A stretch of DNA of 64,000 nucleotides, from the NCBI GenBank assembly GCA_964270895.1, contig OZ185438.1. One strand, written 5' to 3'. The stretch is from Podarcis filfolensis (lineage: Eukaryota). Shown piece after piece: positions 55,401-64,000 of the stretch (positions within the stretch are counted from its first letter, which is position 1; every line of letters starts with the position of its first letter). The notes below the pieces were generated by a model that was given only the letters and a program-made list of their open reading frames with translations, searched no databases and was not told where the DNA came from. The position numbers were made by a program, and so were the translations under genes.

Positions 55401-58351
55401 AAAAGCACAACCTGGCTGCCAAAAGCCCAACACTGGACAAAAACACACAATATATAATCTGGACATTTTTATGAATGGTGTTAATGAAAACTTTGACAGA
55501 ACTGTGGCCCACTTAAAAGTTGTAATTTCTTGGAAGAATAAACTTGGTAAAAAAGAGGATTATGTCCAAATTATTTTTGCCTCATATCTCTCTCCAATAA
55601 AGTACTATTTGAGAGAGAAAAAGCAGGCAATTTCACTTGGGATAAGAAAACAAGCTACAATTAATATCTAATTCTCTTGTGACCATTAAAGGGAGATGTA
55701 TAGCCTCTGCTGTTTATGTGGATGACTAAGGTTCAACTGCTAGCATCTCTAGCTAGGGCTTTCTGAAAGCCTAGAAAGACACTGCTTTCTCTTATCAAAG
55801 GCGAGCGTAAAGAGCTGGTGCAAACAACACTGTAGATAATGCTATGGACCACTGGAATAGTGGCAATCCATATTCCTGCAATGGACTCACCATTCCACTG
55901 ATGCAGCGGCCACAGATGGTTGTCTTGAATTCACCATGCAGCTCCTTCACAGCACTTGTTGTATAAAAGCCCTCCGCCAACAGGATAATTCCATACAAGA
56001 AAAAAAACGATGCAATGCCATAGATCACATACTGCATTAGTTTTATTCTGAGAATGAAACAAACAGGGCAATCAGACTCTTGTCACTCTGAAATAAAGTC
56101 TCATTTCATAATCATCCGAGAGCACAAGGACAGAATGAACATCTTAGTGGTAAGTTCACAGGTGAGACCATTTACTCGTTGTGTAAAGAACCAATGTAGT
56201 TGGTCATGATTTCCATCAGGTTGCAAGATTTGGCCTTGGACCATGCTGGTGTTTGAGGCTGAAAGGAATTAGTGTCTTCACCATATGGAGAGCAGAAGGT
56301 TGAGCAACGCTGGTCTAGATTCTGATCCAGTTGCTCTTCTTTAATGTTGACTTGTCAACTGGAACTGGTTAAGCTGTTGCAGATTTTTACCTCATATTCA
56401 AGAATAAAGGAAACGAGCAGACCGAGAAGCTGAATTTCACATATGAACTGAACTAGTCAGTCATATCCTCGGATGAAAACATCTAGTATTTATTGCCCTT
56501 CTATACAGCTATTACACAACCAAAGTTCACCACCAGTAACTTCAAAAATGCTGCAACATCTGATGCTTACACATAATTAAATAGCCTCAAGCCCTACCCT
56601 CACCAGTCACTATAGAATATTTCTTACTGCAAACATCTTCCCTTACTGTATCCCAGAAGGAACCACAGCAGGCTTCTGGGAAGGAAGCTTTGTTCTTGCT
56701 TTGTTTCAGCAGCAAGAAAAACATTTAAAGGGGTGCTGCTCCTACTCAAATAGACAAAATGAGCTCTGCTGCAAGGATGGAGACCCAGACCGACACACCT
56801 CTGCCATCTAGCAACAAGAAGGGGCTTTCCCCTTTCGTCTCTTGTCAGTGTGTGCACTGCATCCACACAATATAAATTCCTCATAGTAGCAGTAGGGTAC
56901 ATTGCCCCCATCACTCAATATAATGCAGCTTCTAGCTCTACCCATTCATTTGTGCAATTAACGTGCACTTATTTCTCTTTTGTAACGGATCCAGCCATCT
57001 TTTCCATTAAAAGTAATATGTAGCCACAATTTGTAAGTAATTTGTATTGTCCTCCTTTGCTGCTAAATTTGGTTTCTGGTCCTCACCGCACCCCATGGTA
57101 TCCTCACAACCATCCTGTAATACAGGTTTTGTTTCCTGTTCCACGTACAAAATGTATGCATCTAAGGCACTATGCAAAAGTGCATTCGTTTGCACTTCTA
57201 GAGGTATGTAAACCATATTTGTTTGTTTCAGATTCAGTTTTATGCACCACAATTAAAAGAATTTTAGTTGATCCACTAGACATCCAGAAGATAAATCATA
57301 ATGCCAAAGGAATTATGCAGTGCTGTCCTATAGAAGTGAAGTAAATGACGGCCACTAACAATTTTTTCAAAGATCTAGAACGTGAAAAGGAAGACAAACT
57401 GTTCACCAAGGACAGAAGAGGCAACATGTTTTAAGCTTAAGTAATGTAGATGAGAGGTTAATAATTGAGGGGGAAATTTAACCATAAGAACAGTTCAGCA
57501 ATGGAAGATCCTGTTGAGGAAAGCTAGCATGCTTCAGACACAAACCAATATAGCCTATTTCACTGGGAGGCTAAGAAGATTAGATTCATAGTCCATTACG
57601 CATCTACTATGGAGTTATGTGGCATGCGAGAGAAATGTCATGACTGCCTCAATTGCAGTGGTTAGTGATAACATTTATTATTTTATCCTTAGATTTAGCA
57701 GTATTGCTTTCCTGTGTACCTCTCCAGTATATTTTTAGTGGTCTGTCATCTCCTGGCAACAGCTATTTTTTCTTGCCTTCAGTTGCTATGGAGCTGAATA
57801 ACTATGCTCTTTGGGAGATTTATCGCTACCCTTGTTTTCTTTCTCTCTGTTGAACTAGAATATACATTTTTTTGGGGGGGGGAATATATGCTGAATCCCT
57901 AACAGCAGCAGACTTCTGGTGGAAGTGTTGCAAATTCCCCAACCCACCCAACAAATTTCATAACTGTATGCTGTATATAAAAACAGCCCCAATCCAAAAG
58001 ATGTTTTGCTTGAAGTGGACTCTCCAAATTCACTTCAAATTTTGAGTTTTGCCAGGCACTCTTACCTCCTTGCAGGCTGAATTGGCATGCGCTCCTAGCT
58101 CTGATGTTATTAAAGTTATCACTGCAATTGCTTCACAGAGTAAGAGAAGTGGTTTTGTACTTACACTTCAGATAACAAAGCATGGTCAGTAACATTTGTG
58201 GAAAAACGCTGTTCGAGGATCGATACGGTCCCGGCGAGAGCCACATGACCGCAGCCGCAGAACAATGCTACCCCAGAGAAGCAGAGAATAGTTGCCACAA
58301 GGGAAGCATATGGAACTCCTCCCAGGCACTTAATGCAACATTCAAAGCAAC
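49330..58351 (-). CDS. GPM6B: Neuronal membrane glycoprotein M6-b, 5'-partial; complement(join(49330..49479 or 50745..50825,51549..51614,52802..52875,54667..54838,55891..56047,58165..58351))
   Basis: PLP/DM20-family sequence [36 protein letters not shown]...; all phases are consistent; the start-codon exon was not found in the window. Confidence 0.97.
50745..50825 (-). CDS. GPM6B: GPM6B proximal alternative terminal exon
   Basis: [26 protein letters not shown]; own AATAAA (plus-strand TTTATT 50362-50367). Confidence 0.93.
   Translation of the reverse strand: MIYMMATTYNYAVLKFKSREDCCTKF
51549..51614 (-). CDS. GPM6B: GPM6B exon (TM4 start)
   Basis: [22 protein letters not shown]. Confidence 0.96.
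52802..52875 (-). CDS. GPM6B: GPM6B exon
   Basis: (G)[24 protein letters not shown]. Confidence 0.95.
54667..54838 (-). CDS. GPM6B: GPM6B exon (TM3)
   Basis: [36 protein letters not shown]...QICVDIRQY. Confidence 0.97.
55891..56047 (-). CDS. GPM6B: GPM6B exon (TM2)
   Basis: [52 protein letters not shown]. Confidence 0.97.
58165..58351 (-). CDS. GPM6B: GPM6B exon (TM1)
   Basis: (G)[61 protein letters not shown](V). Confidence 0.97.
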
Positions 58352-59145
58352 CTGAGCAGAAAAGAAAAAAAAGGGGGGGACACAAAGACAACATTATTTA
58401 GGTACAAGAGCAAGTTATGAGAACATCATCATTTGGACTTCATGTGGTAAAACTAGTAAGAACAATTAGCAAAGTTACTTGTTCAAAGCTAATGGGTTGC
58501 ACTTCCTACTTTCATCAGATGACCTTCCTCTTTATGTCTGTCGCCTCAAAGTACAAGAGTGACAGCACCCCAGATTCTAGGAAAATCAAAGGCTGCAGAT
58601 GAAGCAAGCTTGTGCAGGATGCTTTAGAGAAGAGTGTGTGTTCTCCACCGACACATCAAATTAACACTTCTATTTTAAGCACAGACAACAAAAATAAAAC
58701 TTTGAAACTGAGTGCACTATACTGTCCTTTCAGACATCTTTGCAGGGCAATGGGAGCCAGAAGCCCTCTAGTTAAAAGTCTCATCTGAGCCACAAATTCA
58801 TTTGACAGCCTTAAGTAATCCACCCACACTCGGTAGCTTTATAAAACCTCAGGCCCCATTTGACAGCACACTGGTTCACCCAACATGGATGTTAAAAAGT
58901 TTACTGGTGTGTGATGTACTCAAAAGGTTCTATATAAACGCAGCTGAAAAGTTTGTGCTTTCTCTGAAGAACATACAGATATGTTCAAATGCAGAACATC
59001 CCAAGCTTGTTAATTGACATTAAGGATGAAGAATCTGTGGATGACAGTTCCCATCACCTCAGGCCACAATTGTATCTGGAGGGCAGCAGATTCTCCCTAG
59101 GGTAGATAAAATGCTACACGCCCACCGTGCTTAGAAGCACTACTG

Positions 59146-59313
59146 ATCATAGAATCATAGAATCATAGAGTTGGAAGAGACCACAAGGGCCATCGAGTCC
59201 AACCCCCTGGCAAGCAGGAAACACCATCAGAGCACTCCTGACATATGGTTGTCAAGCCTCTGCTTAAAGACCTCCAAAGAAGGAGACTCCACCACACTCC
59301 TTGGCAGCAAATT
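59146..59313 (-). mobile_element. CR1 LINE 3' fragment
   Basis: (ATCATAGA)3 tail followed by GTTGGAAGAGACCACAAGGGCCATCGAGTCCAACCCC...CCTCTGCTTAAAGACCTCCAAAGAAGGAGACTCCACCACAC. Confidence 0.88.
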
Positions 59314-60904
59314 ACTGGTGCCCTTCCACTTTAGTAAATGCCTAAAAGACTGATTATGGAAAATGGGTGGCCCTTCAGGATGATCTTGTTACTACAATTT
59401 CCACCATTCCTGACCAGACTTCTGGCTCAGGCTGATGGGAGCTGGTGTCCAAAAATAACATGGGGTGTGTGTCACAGGTTAGCCACTTGATTCAAAACCC
59501 AGCATGGGAACTAATTTTGCAGCACAACACTACTCCAATGAAGGAATATGCCTTCAAGACTTCAGATGCAACTAAATTAGAATAATTCGCTCGAAGGGGA
59601 GTTTCAGATACTGGTGAGGTAAAAAGAAAAGAGTTAGGAGAAACAGTTCATATTGGTCTTAGGTGGTTAAAAATGGCAAATACTACAGCATCACTGATAC
59701 AGCAAGCATGCAAATGTATCATGAGAATAGAAAAGAAACATCCCAAAAGCCCATTTAGTTCCTTAAATTACATATGGGACACTGTTTCACTGGAGATTCT
59801 GTGCTGCAAACCCTCTGGATTTATTTGCATATTTTGTTTGTCCTCAGTATCTGGAAATATTTCTATGTCCTCTAGGGGATAGTTTTATATTCATTAGTAA
59901 CATCAGAACTGCTAAGTCTAGTCTGCAGTGTAGTGAATGTTCAGTTTCAGATTCCACTTTGAGCTGCTAGCTTTGCACATGAACAAGGAGATTTGGGCAT
60001 GGTGGAGATTTAAAATGATCGGATCCTCCCAGGTGCTTTCTGAGAAGACACAGACTGTGCCTCAACCACCCTGCTGTTCTTATGAACTGGAGTTTCTAGA
60101 ACTGTTGTTAACAACAAGCGGTGGCTGAAAAAGTACACAGCCTAAGATAAAAGGAATTGGCTTTGAACTTGGAAAACTTGCGAGTCTGCTTCTCCAAATG
60201 CTCACAGTCACTCATTTGTTCAAGAGAAGAGGAAGCCATTTTGCTGATCGCCATACTAATAAACTATCTAGTTGCCCAAGACACCACTTAACCAAGTTAT
60301 TGTCCTAGAACTGCTATGTTCTAGAGATGATGCCAGAATACATAGTCCCAAGCATTGCATTTTGAAATAGGGTGGCTTGGAACAGTTGCTTCAAATGCAA
60401 GGTAAGCACTACCAGTTCCACTGACGTGTTTGCCTCCAGCTCCCATCAGGAGTCCAGGGCAACCAAGGTGCTAGGTGCTGACAAGAGAGAAACATTCCTC
60501 TCTGTGCCAGACCAGCAGCCCCAATGTGAATGGGTATTGGTGGGAGGGGGCAGTCATGTGTACAAAGGTAGTGTTATGTGGCGGGGATTGGAGAATCAGA
60601 GTATTGGGAGAAAACTGCTTCATGTACCAAAGTCTCAGATTAAATGCAGATTGGCTTGGAATAAGCCAAGCACCATCCTGAGTCTATTTTATTAAAAAAA
60701 AATTAAAAGTTGGCTTATCCAAGCCAATTTAAGGAGAACTGGGGAGGCAAGAGATGCACTCATAAGTACAACTCTGATGTATATATTATTTGCTACCCAC
60801 CAAAAGCAAACATTACATGATGTCTTTGTACAGGTACACAGAAATTATTATAGTTGGGCACATTCATAGAGCAATAAAGTCCATGCAGCAGTTAAAGAAG
60901 AAGA

Positions 60905-60978
60905 AGTCTTGTAGCACCTTAAAAAGCTAACAAATGTATTGTGGCATAGGTTTTCATGGTCTGCTTCATCAGATGCTT
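60905..60978 (-). mobile_element. Penelope-like terminal repeat fragment
   Basis: AGTCTTGTAGCACCTTAAA..CTAACAAAT.TATTGTGGCATA.GTTTTCATGG..CTTCATCAGATGC; same family as 2984-3051, opposite strand. Confidence 0.55.
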
Positions 60979-61340
60979 GAAGTGTCGTCTTAAATTGGCA
61001 AGCATATATGCACATTGGGAGAGAGATGTCAGAGGAGGAAGGAACAGTCAGGTTCCATTCCTTTCCCCTTTTTGCATGGGTCTCCTGTCCTCAGTCCACT
61101 CTGTTTCAAGTATGGTATACTAATGTATAAAAGAAAAATGTTTATTATGTAGCTTTTTCGTATGAAAAATGTTTTTAAAAGTAAAATATTGTTTGGGCTT
61201 TAAAATAGATAAATAAGAGTGTCTGTCACAAAATAGCTGTTATGGGGTGGCATAACCCAAAACTAGAGAGACAGTTACCCCTGACAAACTTATGCTTACA
61301 GTGGGAAGTCAGCTTTGTCCTGGTACACATTGTGCAGATG

Positions 61341-61341
<1 letters not shown>

Positions 61342-61404
<63 letters not shown>
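61342..61404. repeat. Compound (CA)17(GA)14 microsatellite
   Basis: Direct reading. Confidence 0.98.
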
Positions 61405-61406
<2 letters not shown>

Positions 61407-61929
61407 TAATCGCAACAGTACCATAAAAAGTATAGAAGGCAACCTCACTACACTATCATTTCACAGAAATAACTTGCTTTTCAGAAGGGCTCAAGACTTT
61501 TTTCTTTCTTTTTTAATGAAAGCTCAGAGTTTGGGGCACCTGTCCCAGGACACCAGTTAAAGCCTTAACAGGCATCATGGGCACCAGACTGAGGACACCT
61601 GTCCTAGCAACTCCAAGCAGCTATTACCAGTTGGAAAAAAGAAGAAATGTACAAGGCAGCTGACTCAAACTACCTCACAGAACTTCATTGGGGTGGGTGG
61701 GTTCAAAGAAGTAGCTCAACCTGTCTGTACATTAACCTATGAAGGTGAAAGACCAGGTGAGTTTGCTCAAGATACAGACCTCCCAGATTCCTCCAGCACC
61801 CCTCATGTCAGAGGAAAATGATGTGTATAAAGAACTGTGAAGGCTAGCTTGAAAACAAAATAGTCAACACTATTTTGCACTATATCACAGCAATGGTGAT
61901 AATAAACATCCTGGCATTGACAAGCTAAT

Positions 61930-62200
61930 TGACACATGAATTGCAATAAAACAGTTCAAGCCATAACTGAATTGCCTCATAAATTGTAATTCAGCACACT
62001 AGAGTTTCCCACTGAAGCTGCTTTGTTTAATTAGGGTCAGTTACAGAGTGTCCTGAGAGGCAGAAAAGTTCTCCCACAGGCTTTTTGCAATTGCCATTTA
62101 TGATATATTTGTGTCCATTTGTTGCTTTGCAGTGACAGGCCTGCTGGTTCCATGTAGAATGCAGAAGAGCACACTGGCAGATGTTGGCAGATGTTACATT
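61930..62200 (-). mobile_element. Decayed Penelope-like GIY-YIG endonuclease region
   Basis: Minus strand reads, across frameshifts, C.Q..C....Y...., AATGGACACAAA (NGHK), NGNCKKPVGE and SGHSVTD, resembling reptile Penelope endonucleases. Confidence 0.55.
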
Positions 62201-64000
62201 GGACAATGAGGGGGTTAATAAATTCCTGGAGTTGCGGCTAACAGTATGAGATCCTGTAGCTCAAGTCCCCCCCCAGGGTCTGCTTCTAACAGGTCTTAGA
62301 TGGAGGTGTCCACCCAAGGCTTGTGAGAAGGAAGTATCATTGTCCAGATTAAGCTGTAGATTACTGAGGACACATCAGTAGACTCATCCAAAGCTTGCTG
62401 TGACATGTTTGTGAGGAATTCGGAAGTTAAAATTGCTTGCATAAACCAGGATTTGAATTCCATCTTTTGGAACAGGTGATTCTGGTGAGGTGTCTGGTGA
62501 TGTTGGAGGAGCTTCAGTTGGTGTAACCGGAGATCATGGGTAAGGTAGTTGAAGGTTAGTTTCCATCAACTACCTGTGTCTTGAATCCTTGCCCTTCCTG
62601 ATTTCTAAAATTGGGCAGGGAGGGGATTGTTGGTTGGGCTTCAAGAAGAAGTTGGTCCCAGGTCTTCTGAAGGTGGTGGTAGTAATACTACTCCTGAAGA
62701 AATTGTGGATAGCTATGAAGTGACAGAGATTAGTGGCTAGATGCACTATAGCAACATTAGAGGCAATACTCTCAATGGTATCTTTGTGGGAAATGTTGGT
62801 ATAACGGCCTCAGCAGCCATATTAGCTGGAATGGTGTTCTCTGGGAGATTTTCATCAGGTTGTCATTTCCTTAGGATATTAATATTATCCTGTAGGAAAC
62901 TTGTCACACACTGTACTGGTCACACACAGTTTTGAGTACATGCATGTGTTCACTTTTCATGGGTGATGTGCATACTTTTCACAGCTAAAAGACGGAAGCC
63001 ATGATGCAGTATATACCTCTGTGCACAATTATCAAGACTTGCCTGAATTTTACTTTCTGTAGAGTATATCTGTGGTGTGCTTAAACTAGTAACACATCTA
63101 ATCTAGATAAATAGATGTTTGTTATGTTTTTAACTCTGCATTTCATGACATAAAATGTTTTCTTTTGCTGAAAAATGGTTTATCTGCTGGTCTCATTCTG
63201 AAACAAACATAACCACACAATATTAATCATGTTGCCGTGGAAGAAACTAAATGGCAACAGGAGGACAAACAGGAAACATTTCAGAATGGCCATATTAGCA
63301 GAGTCAAAGAGATGAACTACTCTTGTCTTTATATAAATTCCGCTTTTCGAAAAGAGGAAAACCTTAACATCCCTTACAAAATATGGTGGAAGATGTTAAA
63401 AACAGAATTTGAAAGTATGCTGGGCATGTCCAATACTACCCTAACACACCAGAGTAAAGTAGTTTAAATTGTACAGATACACACATCAATGCAACTCACT
63501 TTCAATGGCCATTTTGTCTAAAGCATCACTAGAACCTTTTGTGCAGTTCAGAATAAAAACAATTTTTTGTCCTCAGGCTTGTGAGCAGCAGTTGCCATGG
63601 AAGCAGGTTAATAACAGCTCAGTGATTTGCCCAGAGCTAACGGTGAACCTGGCTGCAGATTTAACACACTCACAAAAGGAGGCCAACTAAAAAAAAAAGA
63701 GAGAGAGAGAGGACTGAAAGTATTCTCTGGGGAAGGGTATAAAATGAAAGTGGATGTGTGCACACACATTTTTTTTATATAAGGAATACAAATAGAAGAA
63801 AAAGAACAGGAACCAACTATGGTGCATAAAGCACTGGGAAAAACTCATGCTTTTCGAGCATGGGCAACCCCTGCACAAAGGGGAGCTGTCAATAGTATAA
63901 AACCCATACTTGGAGGTGTAAGACTTGTCAGTGTGGCAGCCCCTGTTCTGTGGGGCAGTATCCCTGTTGGAATACAACAGGCAACCATTATTTGTACTTT

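Noticed and set aside
55237-55671. 144-aa plus-strand ORF in a GPM6B intron
   Set aside because: TTG start, homopolymer G/C runs, no domain; consistent with chance.
58400-64000. GPM6B 5' coding exons
   Set aside because: No segment matching the known N-terminal exons was found; they probably lie beyond the window.

Overview
Vertebrate genomic DNA from a squamate, most likely a lacertid lizard (lacertid-type Sauria SINEs, Bov-B). It carries the conserved syntenic block RAB9A(+), TRAPPC2/SEDL(-), OFD1(+), GPM6B(-, 5' exons outside the window). I rebuilt exon chains by hand from splice sites and reading phase: RAB9A 201 aa (one coding exon), TRAPPC2 140 aa (4 coding exons, including an AT-AC U12 intron), OFD1 about 1027 aa (22 coding exons) and the 3' part of GPM6B with two alternative terminal exons. 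TRAPPC2 and OFD1 share a CpG-island bidirectional promoter. The rest is intron/intergenic DNA with Sauria SINEs, Bov-B, CR1, L2 and Penelope remnants, hAT and Tigger-like MITEs, microsatellites and two N gaps. I see no wholly new biological system. The best leads are small splice/translation switches: a duplicated TRAPPC2 acceptor exposing an in-frame ATG, a RAB9A alternative donor toggling uORF versus N-terminal extension, an inverted MITE pair around OFD1 exons 14-20, and a 7-aa duplication in OFD1. Comparisons with human genes and repeat consensus sequences are from memory, not from a database search.
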